Shown here: piece after piece, positions 30,278-41,769 of the stretch
Layout: every line of letters starts with the position of its first letter
Position numbering within the stretch: the first letter of the stretch is position 1
From: Andalucia godoyi And28
Taxonomy: Eukaryota; Protista; Jakobida
DNA length: 64,000 bases
Direction: 5' to 3'
NCBI GenBank assembly: GCA_009859145.1
Contig: VRVR01000057.1
Span: 1-64,000 of the forward strand
Position numbers and translations under genes: made by a program
The notes under the pieces: generated by a model
Database searches by the model: none
Told to the model about the DNA's origin: nothing
Seen by the model: the letters and a program-made list of their open reading frames with translations, nothing else

Positions 30278-32392
30278 TCACTTGTACTCCGCACAGAGTT
30301 GCTTAAAGTCCGCAACGAGATCGTCAATCGTCTTTGAACCGTGTACAACGTTGTCGCGCGTGCGGACGTTTACGGTCTTCGCCTCGAGCTCTTCCTTGCC
30401 CACGACAAGAATGAAGTTATGCTGCGAAAGCTGGGCCTCTCGAACCTTCTTCGAGAGGGTGCGGTCGGTGGTGTCCACGGTTGACCAGAAACCCTCCTTG
30501 AGCAATCGAGTGTTGATTTCCATCGCATACTCCAGATAGTGTTCAGAGACGGGGACGAGGATGACCTGCCGAGGAGAAACCCAGAAAGGCCACTTTCCAG
30601 CAGTATGCTCGGTGAGGACAGCAATGAAGCGCTCCACAGAGCCGAAGATCGCTCGGTGAATCATAACAGGCCGTTCCACGGAGCTTTCGCCCTGAAATTC
30701 CAGATTGAATCGGATGGGAAGCTGGAAATCAAGCTGGATGGTTGCACACTGGTGTTTTCTCTTGAGCGCATCCAAAACCGTCACATCGATCTTGGGACCA
30801 TAGAATGCACCGTCGCCTGGATTAACGCTCCATGGCTCTCCGAATTCTCCAAGAGCCTCGCGCAACTGGTCTTCCGCACGATTCCAGAGCTCAACATCAC
30901 CCAGGAACTTTGCAGGGCGAGTCGACAGGCGCAGCTCAAAGCCCAGTCCAAAGATGCCGTACACCTCCTTCATGAATTGCAGAGCACCGCGGATTTCCGA
31001 CGTGATTTGCGAGGACATGCAAAAGATGTGGGCATCATCCTGCTGAAACCGTCTGACTCTCGTAAGACCTGAAAGCGCGCCAGAAAACTCGTTGCGGTGG
31101 AGCACTCCGAAATCGGCAAATCGAATCGGAAGCTCGCGCCATGACCGCGTCCGATGGGCAAACATCAAGCAGTGACCAGGGCAGTTCATCGGCTTCAGCG
31201 CGAAGACCTCCTTTTCAACCTCAAACGCGAACATGTGCTCCTGGTAGTTTTGCCAGTGGCCAGATTGCTTCCACAGGTCCACGTTGTAGACATTGGGGGT
31301 GACAACAAGATCGAATCCCTTGACACGGTACAGCCCCTTGATGTAGTCCATCAAGCGATCATAAATGCGTCCACCATGCGGCAACCAGAAGCAGGATCCT
31401 GGAGACAGGTTGTGGAAGAAGAACAGCTCCTGGTCCTTTCCGATTTTGCGATGGTCTCTCTTGGCGGCCTCTTCCTGAAACGTAATCCATTCCTTCAGCA
31501 TCTTCTGCTGTGGGAACGAGATTCCATATACACGCTGCAAGGAATCCTTGGTTGCGTCGTTGAGCCAGTACGCAGCAGAGTTCTTGGTGACCTTGAACGC
31601 ACGCACAAGGTTCGTTGCAGGAATATGCGGGCCTTTGCAGGGGTCCACAAACGATCCGCATCGGTACACGGTGCAGAACCCGTCGTCCGCCACACGAGTC
31701 GTCAAGATGTGCATCTTGTAAGGATTGTACTTGAACAGCTCCACAGCGTCCGACTTCTTTACCAGCAGCCGCTGGAACGGGTGTCCGCGACCGGCAGTGA
31801 ATCCCTCGACGTACTTTTCGATCTTTGCAAAGTCCTCCTCACGCACAACGCCCGACATTCCTCCTTCGTAGAAGAATCCGCCGTCTTCCAAAGGCGGTCC
31901 GCGATTCAGCTTCACATCCGGGTACACAGCCTCGAGTGCCGCGCCCAGCAAGTGCGACGACGAGTGCCAAAACACCTCCTTGCCTTCCTCGGAGTCGTAC
32001 GTAAACAGCGTCAGCTTGCAGCTCGCAGGCAGCGGCACCTGGACGTCCCACTCAATACCCTTTGCTTCTGCATCCTTCTCAGCGCCTGCAGCGCCTGCAG
32101 CACCCGCAGTATCTGTAGCATCATCGTCAAAGGCCGGCGGTGCAGCCTGTGCATCGCCTTCAAACACCACATGCGCCAAAATCGCTTCCTGGCCAAGCTT
32201 CTTGGAAATCTGAGCAGCAATTTCAAGCGGAGTCGTCACATCCTTGATGCCCTGCTTCGCCGAACCGTCCGGAAGCGTAATCGTGATCGCCACATTGCGC
32301 TCCTTCGCCGCCGCAATCTCCTTCTCATGCTCCGCCCAAAGCCTCTCAAAAATCGAAACGCGGTCCGAAATATACCCCGGAACCGCAGCCAT
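30278..32392 (-). CDS. TARS1: Threonyl-tRNA synthetase, cytosolic type
   Basis: TGS domain (ITLPDGS), WHSSSHLLG, CKGPHIP, RDHRKIGKDQELF, KPMNCPGHC, LTRVRRFQQDDAHIF, FYGPKID, MIHRAIFGSVERF. Confidence 0.98.
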   Translation of the reverse strand: MAAVPGYISDRVSIFERLWAEHEKEIAAAKERNVAITITLPDGSAKQGIKDVTTPLEIAAQISKKLGQEAILAHVVFEGDAQAAPPAFDDDATDTAGAAGAAGAEKDAEAKGIEWDVQVPLPASCKLTLFTYDSEEGKEVFWHSSSHLLGAALEAVYPDVKLNRGPPLEDGGFFYEGGMSGVVREEDFAKIEKYVEGFTAGRGHPFQRLLVKKSDAVELFKYNPYKMHILTTRVADDGFCTVYRCGSFVDPCKGPHIPATNLVRAFKVTKNSAAYWLNDATKDSLQRVYGISFPQQKMLKEWITFQEEAAKRDHRKIGKDQELFFFHNLSPGSCFWLPHGGRIYDRLMDYIKGLYRVKGFDLVVTPNVYNVDLWKQSGHWQNYQEHMFAFEVEKEVFALKPMNCPGHCLMFAHRTRSWRELPIRFADFGVLHRNEFSGALSGLTRVRRFQQDDAHIFCMSSQITSEIRGALQFMKEVYGIFGLGFELRLSTRPAKFLGDVELWNRAEDQLREALGEFGEPWSVNPGDGAFYGPKIDVTVLDALKRKHQCATIQLDFQLPIRFNLEFQGESSVERPVMIHRAIFGSVERFIAVLTEHTAGKWPFWVSPRQVILVPVSEHYLEYAMEINTRLLKEGFWSTVDTTDRTLSKKVREAQLSQHNFILVVGKEELEAKTVNVRTRDNVVHGSKTIDDLVADFKQLCAEYK

Positions 32393-32714
32393 CTCCTTCT
32401 TTCTCTATTCCTCCTATTTAAAAAAGACGAACTCGATAGTCACCGATATGGACAATGAAACCAACAATAAAGATAAGAACAGACACAGGAAAAGCAAAGG
32501 CAAAGGCAAAGGCAAAGGCAAAAGCAAAAGCAAAGTGCTCGACTCGAGGGAAGAACGTCCTTGAGCTTCGCGCACACGAGGGGCAATCTAGCATCAAGTC
32601 TCACGCCAGCATTTTTGGTTTTTGCTTATGCACGGGGTTTGGCTTTGATAGATGGATGATTTTTCTGGTTAATGGATGCTTTGATGATGCTTTGATTGAG
32701 AGAGCGAGTAGGAG

Positions 32715-32924
32715 ATGGGAAAGTCGTGTAAAGGAATTCGGGCAGAACTGATAGCGTGCTTGATAGGGACGCCATGTGGCCAGAACGGAGGCTCACCGAA
32801 AGAGTGTCTTCATGGGCATCCCGAGGCCGCCGCAGCGTGCGACCAGCTTCGCAAAATGTACTTTGAGTGTCGTCGGGGAAACCTCGACATGCGAAAACGA
32901 ATCCGGGGCATTGACGGGTACTGA
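32715..32924 (+). CDS. COA5: Cytochrome c oxidase assembly factor Pet191/COA5
   Basis: SCKGIRAELIACL..TPC...SPKECL...CDQLRKMYFECRRGNLDMRKRIRG matches the Pet191 twin-CX9C pattern. Confidence 0.9.
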   Translation: MGKSCKGIRAELIACLIGTPCGQNGGSPKECLHGHPEAAAACDQLRKMYFECRRGNLDMRKRIRGIDGY

Positions 32925-33232
32925 CTGTGGTGCCGTCTTCCGTTGCTCTTCGCTGCGTCATTTTTCACTTTGCAAGTTTGTACAGTTAATACTCCTTTTC
33001 CCATCAAAATATACATGTGTATTTAAATTTATAATGCCTTCAACAATACTGATACTGGTATTATCCAAACTCTTTTGGCGGCTGTAGTGCATCTCTTGGC
33101 CGCCGCCCCTTGCTGCCCATCCGCTCTCTCATTTCTCTTTTGACTTTTGGCTATTATTTACCCATTTCTTTGCACGTTTCTATTATTTTTTTTAATTATT
33201 ATTATTACTTTGTTTGTTTCTCCGAATTGTTG

Positions 33233-33234
<2 letters not shown>

Positions 33235-33291
<57 letters not shown>
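33235..33291 (+). repeat. (GA)n microsatellite ending next to the HACD start codon
   Basis: Directly visible; ATG at 33293. Confidence 0.95.
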
Positions 33292-33292
<1 letters not shown>

Positions 33293-33295
<3 letters not shown>

Positions 33296-34057
33296 GGTGC
33301 GGTAAAGACTGGATATTTGGTGGTGTACAATCTTGTGTGTACAGCAGGATGGGGCTATGTGCTGTACCGAACGCTGGTGATTGCGCAAGCAAACTGCGGA
33401 TTGCTGGGGCTGCCGTCGCTGCAGTCGTTCTTGTCGGTGCTGTTCCCATCGTTGGTGTCGGCAACGGTGCTTCCTGCGCCGACCGCGGCAAAGTACGCGG
33501 CGGTGTATGCTGCGGATCTTGCGCAGACGCTGACGGTTGTGCAGTCGCTTGCGATCCTCGAGATCGTCCACTGCATGATTGGTCTCGTGCGGTCCCCTGT
33601 CTTCTCAACGTTCATGCAGGTGTTCTCGAGGGTGTTTTTGGTTTGGGGGATCTTGAACGTCCCGGGAAACACCGCGCCGTTTGCGTATCCTTTCTGGATC
33701 ACAATGTGTGTCGCGTGGGCCATCTCGGAGTTGGTCCGGTACCCTTTCTACGCATTCGAGCTCGTCGGATCGTCGCCTGCACTGCTGACGTGGGCGCGGT
33801 ACTCGCTGTTCTACGTCCTCTATCCCGTCGGTGTCGCGTCTGAGCTCGCAAACGTCGTCGTCTCGCTGCCGTTCTTCAGACAGACGCGTGTGTACTCCGT
33901 TGCCATGCCAAACGCCTACAACTTTGCATTCGACTACACCATCTTCACCATCATCGTCCTCCTGCTCTATATCCCAGGATTCCCCATGCTCTTCAACATG
34001 ATGCGGGCAAACCGTGCCAAGAAGCTCGCGGCTCCCAAGAAGGAGAAGGCTCTCTAA
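33293..34057 (+). CDS. HACD: Very-long-chain 3-hydroxyacyl-CoA dehydratase (PHS1/HACD/PTPLA)
   Basis: YLVVYN, VQSLAILEIVH..IGLVRS, QVFSR, WAISELVRYPFY, WARYSLFYVLYPVGVASE; ends KKEKAL (ER-retention-like). Confidence 0.95.
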
Positions 34058-34228
34058 CTCGCTGGCGTGGTTTCCTCCTTTGCCTTTTTCCCTTTTATTC
34101 AATTCATTTTATTATTATTTTTGTTATGTTACTTTTTAAATTTTTTGTAAACATTATTTTTTAATCATTGTTTTTTGCACGTAAATTAATCCACGCCGTC
34201 AATGCCCGCAGTCACGTCCACGTACGCA

Positions 34229-34237
34229 TGTGTGTGA

Positions 34238-34277
<40 letters not shown>
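34229..34277. repeat. (GT)n microsatellite between convergent genes
   Basis: Directly visible. Confidence 0.9.
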
Positions 34278-34280
<3 letters not shown>

Positions 34281-34299
34281 TCTGCTGTTTACTCGCTTC

Positions 34300-34962
34300 T
34301 TAGCAGAATGCAGGAGTGGGTCCCTTGTAGCGGCTGCAGACGCACTTGAGGACGTCGGTTTCACAGTCGTCGGCGTGCTGTCCGTCGACGACGACCCACG
34401 GGACATACTTGTGTGCGGGGCTAAGGATCTCGGTTCGTCTGGCTGCAATCAGCTGCAGCTCGCTTGCCTTGTCCGACTGGGCACAGGCAAGGATCTTGGC
34501 AGGATCGAGCTTCACAGACGCTGCACATGCATTGGTGGCCTTTGCAACATCCACTTGTGACTCTTGCTGCCGCAGCTGTGCCTCCAGACAGTCGAGGAAC
34601 GGCCATGCAGGTGCCACATCCGAGTTTTGTCCGCCATTCGGGTCAACGCCAAGCATATACAGCGCACACTGCTCAACTGCGTTTCCAAGACACTCGTTCG
34701 GGCCGTGCTGGCACGTAATGCTGGATGCTGACCGCCGGGCATTCCCGTACGGAACGACTTCGAGGTGGACGTACGACAGCAGACCGTGCGCCGAGATCCC
34801 GGTGCTCAGCTGGTCCAGAATCAGAGACTGGCAGTCCGGACACAGCGATTCTTCATACAGCGTCAAGTTCAGCTTCGGGACCGGCGCACTCCGCGCAAAC
34901 GCCACTGTCGACAATGACGCAACGCACAAAGCAAGAAGCACACACGTCACCAGCCGACTCAT
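34300..34962 (-). CDS. GILT-like lysosomal thiol reductase
   Basis: Signal peptide, LYEESLCPDC (CxxC), VPYGNA, TCQHGPNECLGN, YVPWVVVDG. Confidence 0.92.
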   Translation of the reverse strand: MSRLVTCVLLALCVASLSTVAFARSAPVPKLNLTLYEESLCPDCQSLILDQLSTGISAHGLLSYVHLEVVPYGNARRSASSITCQHGPNECLGNAVEQCALYMLGVDPNGGQNSDVAPAWPFLDCLEAQLRQQESQVDVAKATNACAASVKLDPAKILACAQSDKASELQLIAARRTEILSPAHKYVPWVVVDGQHADDCETDVLKCVCSRYKGPTPAFC

Positions 34963-35251
34963 TCTTTGTTATTGTTGTTGTTGGAGATGTCGGAACAACT
35001 AGGCCAAAACAAAAACAACAACCAAAAATAAAAACAAATGAACGGACCCTTCTGCTGGCTTCTGATGATGACGAGTCTGCCTTGGTCGAAGGTTTGAGAG
35101 GAAATTCCTCAAAGAATTTCCTTGCGTCACTTGCGAGGTGCAGCTGTTTGTTGTTTGGGTTGTTGGTATAGTAGTTGGCTGTGTTTTTATTTTATTTTTT
35201 TTTTATTACTACAGTTGCGAGGATATTGCTTGGGCTTCCAAAGTTTATGGT

Positions 35252-36463
35252 TCAAACGGACTCGACGTCCTTTCGCAGATGCATCCGGTGGATCGCGGAC
35301 TTGACTGCTTCCAGATGCCCGTCAACCCACTGGAACATTCCAAAGTGAGGGAAATGGTTCGGGTTCTTGCCGAACGGGAACCAAAGTACCGAGTGCAGCT
35401 CGAGAATACCCTGTAAAAACGCATTCAAGAACCCCAGGGTAATAATATTGAAGACCACTCCGATGACCTGGTCTCCTCCAGACTTTCCGAGATAGTCCTG
35501 CTGATACTCGTAGCCACTGAGAACGGCCTGGATAAATAAGTACACTTTCACCAGAAACGTGATGAAGTGTACGTACAAGTACGGGATCTGGTGCAAGCGA
35601 AACGTGTCAATGTCAACTGCAATGCTCCGTATCCTGTTGATCTTGTCGGCAGTAAAGTGCTCGGCGACGCGCTGGATTGCATCTGGGTTGTGGGCCTTCA
35701 CCCACAGAAACTCCGAATGGATGTTTGCAATGAGCACGTCCACGCACGCCGCCGGGTCTGCGTCGCGGAGCTGTGTGATCTCGTCTCGCGTCAGCGTTCC
35801 TGAAATTTCCAGTCCGTGGAAGTAGTCCTCGCGGATGGCAGGAGACTTTGTGAATCCTGGTGTCTTTGTCGTCGCATACCGTGAAAGCATCAGCACGTAG
35901 AATGCTCTGCAATAGCGCTCGACAAACAGCAGCAGATTCTTGATGGGAGGGAGCGCCAAGGACTCGTGCTTGAAGGTCATCGCTGTGTGAAGAAGCAGGT
36001 CGCTAAGGGCTGCCATGTACAGCTGCACGCTTGTGCGGATAGACCACCACCGGCCGATTGTAAGCGACACAAAGAAGCCTGCAAAGAAGTACATGCCTGA
36101 CGAAAAGTCATTTTCAAGTGCATAGACGTGTTTGATCCATGGGAGATTCTGTGTGCCATGGAATCCATAGTCCACAATGACTGCTGAAACCCCCGAGACG
36201 ACCAGGAGGAACACCAGCTGAATCCACATGAACCTCGATCGAAGTACCGAGCCCGAAAAGTCAAGAAACGTCCATCCGTGCAGTCGCCGAGGATCGTAGC
36301 CCGACACATACGGCCCCGTCCATCGCAGCCCGGACTTGTGGATCTTTTGCTCTGGAACGTTCCCAAGCAGCGACTGGTACGGTGCATAGTTCTCACTCTT
36401 CCATGTGTCCGAATGGAACGACCCAGACGAAGACTGTCGCACAAGTGGAACCCGCATCGACAT
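35252..36463 (-). CDS. Bestrophin-family anion channel
   Basis: SGSVLRSRF, FFAGFFVSLTIGRWW, IPYLYVHFITFLVKVYL, LWFPFG; hydrophobic segments. Confidence 0.8.
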   Translation of the reverse strand: MSMRVPLVRQSSSGSFHSDTWKSENYAPYQSLLGNVPEQKIHKSGLRWTGPYVSGYDPRRLHGWTFLDFSGSVLRSRFMWIQLVFLLVVSGVSAVIVDYGFHGTQNLPWIKHVYALENDFSSGMYFFAGFFVSLTIGRWWSIRTSVQLYMAALSDLLLHTAMTFKHESLALPPIKNLLLFVERYCRAFYVLMLSRYATTKTPGFTKSPAIREDYFHGLEISGTLTRDEITQLRDADPAACVDVLIANIHSEFLWVKAHNPDAIQRVAEHFTADKINRIRSIAVDIDTFRLHQIPYLYVHFITFLVKVYLFIQAVLSGYEYQQDYLGKSGGDQVIGVVFNIITLGFLNAFLQGILELHSVLWFPFGKNPNHFPHFGMFQWVDGHLEAVKSAIHRMHLRKDVESV

Positions 36464-36721
36464 TTCTTCTTCTTCTTCTCTCTCTCTCTTTTCTTTTCCT
36501 TTTTTTTCCCTCAATTTATTCGTTTTTTTTTAATTTCCCCCACTTTTCTGAGTTCCCTCCCAGCTGCTTTGTATGTACAATCACAAAGTACAGATCCTCA
36601 CGCAGACCTTTTTCCACGCACGCCAAAAAACAAAACAAAAAAAAAAAAGGGAAAAGGAAAGACAGAAAAAAGAAAAGTCCAAAGAAAAACCTACAGCAAA
36701 ACCTAATGAAGGGATTCTCTG

Positions 36722-36722
<1 letters not shown>

Positions 36723-36769
<47 letters not shown>
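36723..36769. repeat. (GTTTTC)n hexamer tandem repeat
   Basis: About 7-8 copies directly visible. Confidence 0.9.
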
Positions 36770-37273
36770 GCTTTTGATTTTGATTTTGTTTTTGCGATCT
36801 GCGGAGTCCGGAGTTGACGCGGCGAAGAAGACAAAAGCAGCCAGCCCCGCAAAAGAAAAAACAGCTGGATTGCGGCGCAATGCGGAACGGTCTCCCCCCA
36901 AAAACAGAAAACCAGGAAAAGGAAAAGGAGAAAAACCGAAACCCTTTTTTGATGCTTGAGTTGGACCTGGGTTGAGACTTGACAGTGGGGAGAAGGGGGG
37001 GGAAACCGTCCCCCAATTTGAACCGGGTCACTTGACTCTTTCTTCGCCAACAAACACACACTCTCCTGAGTCTTGTGTGTGTGTGTGTGTGTCTCTCTCT
37101 CTCTGTGGATTCTTTTTTCCTCTTCTTTCCGTCCACGCCCAAATCCTTCTGGTGTTTTGGATTTTATTTTATTTTTATTTTTATTTTTTAAGTTTGGGTT
37201 TCATTTTCTTTCTATTTTATTTTATTTTTTGGGGAGTTGAATTGTGTGCTTTTTGGAATCAGCAGGATCCTAG

Positions 37274-37813
<540 letters not shown>

Positions 37814-38217
37814 AACACTGCGGATCCCCCAGTGAACGAACGAACCAACGAACGAACAATGGATGGATGACGGAATCAATGCATGAATGCCGGACGGGAA
37901 CCGCAATGACGCAAACGAGGGGAGAAACATGATCGAGCTCGTCTCAATGCTTGTTTTTTCACGAGTGTAAAGTAAACCTGTAGAACATGGAGCGAATCTT
38001 ACTCTCAAAAAAGTCGCGATCGAGCAGACGAAAAGGTCGCGGGGACTAACGCGCTGTAGCCTGTTGCAGTCAGAACTCATGACACGTCATCCTTCTCCCA
38101 TCACGACGCAGGTCTCACGTTTTCTTTGCATCGTTCACTCCTGAAGTTCGACGAAGAGAGTTGAATAGTCGACGGCCGCCTCTGCAGAGAAGAAGAACAA
38201 CGACCGGGGAGGAGGGA

Positions 38218-38715
38218 ATGTCGGTCAAACAGGCGTTTTCGTGGGCCGGACTGCGAGCCAGGGACATCAAAGGGAATGACCGGAACCTCGCAAGCGACTG
38301 TACTGGGCGTGGCGCGGTGCTGGTGGTGAACGTTGCTTCCGAGTGCGGCTACACCCCGCAGTACAAGGGGCTTCAGGAGCTGTACGCAAAGTACGGGGGC
38401 GAGAACGGGCTTCTGGTGCTTGGGTTTCCTTGCAACCAGTTTGGCGCACAAGAGCCCGGATCTGATGACGCAGTCTCGGCGTTTTGCGAGGCTCGATTCA
38501 ACGTGGCGTTCCCGATGTTCTCCAAGATCGACGTGAACGGACAAAACACACACCCCGTTTTCGCTGCGCTGAAACAGGCGGCTGGCGTGCAGAACATCAA
38601 GTGGAACTTTGCAAAGTTTCTCGTGTCCAAGGACGGCACCGTGGTGAAGCACTTTCCTTCCAGCGTTACCCCGGCTCAGCTCGAATCCGAAATCGAGCTC
38701 ATGCTCAATGCGTAG
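38218..38715 (+). CDS. GPX: Cys-type glutathione/thioredoxin peroxidase (GPX family)
   Basis: VVNVASECGYT, LGFPCNQFGAQEPG, FC (possible resolving Cys), IKWNFAKFL. Confidence 0.93.
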   Translation: MSVKQAFSWAGLRARDIKGNDRNLASDCTGRGAVLVVNVASECGYTPQYKGLQELYAKYGGENGLLVLGFPCNQFGAQEPGSDDAVSAFCEARFNVAFPMFSKIDVNGQNTHPVFAALKQAAGVQNIKWNFAKFLVSKDGTVVKHFPSSVTPAQLESEIELMLNA

Positions 38716-39147
38716 TGTCGCGCAGTGGCTATGCGCAGTGACTGTGTGTAAACATGATGTTTAAACTGTGCGTGTAAAGAGTGTTTGCAGAGCGATGTGT
38801 GTCGTTGCATTCGCAGGGTGCAGGGAGCCCAGGGGTTCCTTTTACGGTACTCGTTTTCCGCGAGAAAAGGACGCTCGGCGGAAGAGCTGCTCATCCTGCT
38901 GCCACGCAGCGGATTCAGCACAGTGGTTCACGGGCGCAACCGCTTGGCGATGGAGCACGGACCGCGGGGCCTACTCCGTCTTACACCTCAGCCGTGCCAA
39001 ACGCCGTGCATATTGCGTGGCCGCAAGTCATAATCCCACAACCTCTCCCCAACCTCAAATCAACAAATGCATCTCGGTACCGTGTCACAGGTGTCGAAGG
39101 GTGCTCGCAGAGAGCAGGTTTTTATTATTTGAACTGGGAAAACAATG

Positions 39148-39567
39148 CTAACTGCTGTAGCTGGTCTCGGCGCCCTCGTAAGCCGAGGAGGACGGCGGCG
39201 GTATTGGTGATGCCGCAGCCAGTGCAGCTGGCGGCGACGCCTGTGATGGTGATGGTGGTGGTGGTGGCTTGAACAAGACGAGGTGAGACTCCAGGGCCTT
39301 GGAGAGTCGCTTCATTCGATTGGCGGCCGACTGCACGCCTGCCGTCGCGCCCATTGCGTACTCGATGGCGTAGCTTGCATCGCTTGCATGGCGGATCTCC
39401 GCACGGAACGCCGCCTTGCGCTCCACGAGCACGGGCACCGTACGACGAATATGGTCCTGGATGCGCACAAGCCCCACAGACGGCCCTGCCGCCAAATGCT
39501 CAAGCATGTCCGATACCTTGTCGCCGAACCCCAACACCTTTTTGTTCTCGGTCAACGAAACACTCAT
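39148..39567 (-). CDS. BORCS8: BLOC-1-related complex subunit 8 (MEF2BNB-like)
   Basis: DKVSDMLEHLAAGPSVGLVRIQDHIRRTVPVL..RK...ASYAIEYA matches BORCS8 (LANEPSVALYRLQEHVRRSLP...YTVEYA). Confidence 0.8.
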   Translation of the reverse strand: MSVSLTENKKVLGFGDKVSDMLEHLAAGPSVGLVRIQDHIRRTVPVLVERKAAFRAEIRHASDASYAIEYAMGATAGVQSAANRMKRLSKALESHLVLFKPPPPPSPSQASPPAALAAASPIPPPSSSAYEGAETSYSS

Positions 39568-39581
39568 GTTTCTATAGGGCG

Positions 39582-39613
<32 letters not shown>

Positions 39614-39861
39614 GCTATGGCTGCCTCTTTGATTCTTTGGACTCGCAGTCGCGTTCGTACGTTGACCTCTGGGTGGGCGTCTGCGGGACCAGTTTTTGAA
39701 AACGCTTTGAAGGATTGACTTTGCATGCGACTTGCTGTACCATCCGTCGTCTGCAGCTCCTACTACTACTACAACTGCAGTCGGTGCAGTGTTGATTATT
39801 TCTTTTATTTATTTTTTTACAGAAGTTGACGGCAATCTCTGGAGCTTGGAAGGGACGGTTC

Positions 39862-41391
39862 TCAGTCCTGGTGCGCAGAGAGGAGCTGGGACATGACCTG
39901 CAGTAATGACGACTGGGGCCCAGACGGTCCTGGAGTGACGTCGCCGCTAACTTCCCACAGCATGATCCCGCCCAACGACTGCGATTGCACGTAGTTCACG
40001 AAGGTCTGCACAAGCAATGCATCCGCGTACGAGACAAATGGCTGGGAATAGGTGTCCTGTGTTCCAGAGGGAGTCCACTGTCCGTCGCGGTATGCCCAGA
40101 CTCCCGACACGGCACCTGCGTCCTGCCATGCGTGTGCTGCAAAGACACCCGCATCTACCAACTGCGAGATGTATGCATACGTAAATGTTCCGGAGCACGC
40201 ATTGGTAGATTTCGGGTCTGTGGAGCATCCAGGATCGTCGCCATTGCCACGCGCAACACCGCTAAAGTGCTGGAAGAGCCCGGCACTGGACCCGGCTGGC
40301 ACGCCCGTCAACATGCATCCGTACGCAGGCGCGCCAATGACGATTTTCTGCCGAGGAACGCCGAACACGTCCTGCAGGGTATGGACGGATCCTTCAACGG
40401 AAAAATCGGGCTTGTAAGGAGACGCGGGATCTGCGGTCAAGCTCGTGAGGAATCCAGTGTCTGCAACATCGGAGGCATCCCACGTTCCATGGAAGTCGTA
40501 CGTCATCACATCAACATAGTCTACATTCTCGCGCAAGGATTTCCAGTTGTCTGCTCCGACTGTCTCGAGCCACGAAGGATCCGCAACGACCGCCATTGAA
40601 ATGATGTACCGCGTTCCAATCACCTTGCGCAGGTTCGCTACCAAGGCCGCGTACTGCGTTGCCATTTCTCTCGTGATTGGAATTGGTTCAAAGTCCAAAT
40701 CAACACCGTCGATACCAGTCTTGTCGAGAACCAGCTTGACAGAGGATGCAAATCGGTCCGAATTCTTGAAGGCTTGGGAGAATGACGCGTCGCTACCTGC
40801 CCCGCCGATAGAAACCAGTTTCCTCAGCGAACCTTTTGTGTTCTGCAGCGCCATGAACGCCTGGAAGCTTCCGTAGCCCAAAGCATCCCGAACACCGCCG
40901 TCGCCGGGCGCACGTCCACGCCCAAGATCAGAATCAGGCACACTCGTAGTGCAACTGCATATCGCAGGCTCTGCGCTGCAAACGCCAAGCGGACCGAAGA
41001 ACGCGTCATAGTTGACAAACGTGGGCGAGCGTCGCAGATCAGCTCCCGGGTCGCTGAAGCACACCGATCCGTCATCACTGACCTCCAGGAATGCATAGGA
41101 AAGTGCATTCATGTGCTCAATCTTTGCACGAAAGTCTGCATTCGATGCAATCGACCCGTTCGAGCCCATCGCTCCTGGAACGGGATAACTGTCGCACGAC
41201 CAGTCCGTCCAGTACGTCATCACAAACCGCTCCTTGCTTGCCGCCCACACCAAGTCCGCATCCTTCACCACACGCCCCGCATGTGCATGGCAAACGTCCG
41301 CACATGACCCCCAAACAACTGCCGCTGCAAATACAATACACGCAGACCGCAGCACACACCGTAATGATGAGGACAGCCCCGCCGCTGCCAT
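39862..41391 (-). CDS. Secreted GH18 chitinase
   Basis: Signal peptide, LSYAF, LVSIGG, intact DGVDLDFE catalytic motif, VMTYDFHGTW, KIVIGAPAYG, GGIMLWEVSGD. Confidence 0.93.
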   Translation of the reverse strand: MAAAGLSSSLRCVLRSACIVFAAAVVWGSCADVCHAHAGRVVKDADLVWAASKERFVMTYWTDWSCDSYPVPGAMGSNGSIASNADFRAKIEHMNALSYAFLEVSDDGSVCFSDPGADLRRSPTFVNYDAFFGPLGVCSAEPAICSCTTSVPDSDLGRGRAPGDGGVRDALGYGSFQAFMALQNTKGSLRKLVSIGGAGSDASFSQAFKNSDRFASSVKLVLDKTGIDGVDLDFEPIPITREMATQYAALVANLRKVIGTRYIISMAVVADPSWLETVGADNWKSLRENVDYVDVMTYDFHGTWDASDVADTGFLTSLTADPASPYKPDFSVEGSVHTLQDVFGVPRQKIVIGAPAYGCMLTGVPAGSSAGLFQHFSGVARGNGDDPGCSTDPKSTNACSGTFTYAYISQLVDAGVFAAHAWQDAGAVSGVWAYRDGQWTPSGTQDTYSQPFVSYADALLVQTFVNYVQSQSLGGIMLWEVSGDVTPGPSGPQSSLLQVMSQLLSAHQD

Positions 41392-41705
41392 ACTTCCTTT
41401 ATTTTCCTTTATTTTTCTTTGCGCACTGCGGGACCGCGTGAATGCTGTGTTTAGACTGTGGTCGCGATCACCCGTCGGCCCTCCGATGCTCCTCTTCGCT
41501 CGTCCGTCATCCATTCGTCATGCACCGTGCCATTCGTCACACCCGTCGTTCTGAGCCGCAATCAATCGCAACTCTCAAGTGATGCCAAAACGCAAGACTA
41601 CAATTCGTACCTACTGTTTCCGTATTGCATCGTACCTATTGTGCATTGCAGTGCTCCGAGCTGAAGCCCTCCGAGTTGCTCCGATAGCGGGAGACCTGGA
41701 ACGAG

Positions 41706-41710
<5 letters not shown>

Positions 41711-41765
<55 letters not shown>
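41711..41765 (+). repeat. (GA)n microsatellite running directly into the ALDH ATG
   Basis: Directly visible; ATG at 41766. Confidence 0.95.

Positions 41766-41769
<4 letters not shown>

Noticed and set aside
32040-32160. Ala/Asp-rich insertion in the ThrRS TGS region
   Set aside because: Low-complexity loop expansion, common and unremarkable.
38790-39030. GC-rich intergenic segment with small hairpins (possible SRP/RNase P/snoRNA)
   Set aside because: No conserved SRP helix 8, RNase P/MRP CR or snoRNA box motifs found.
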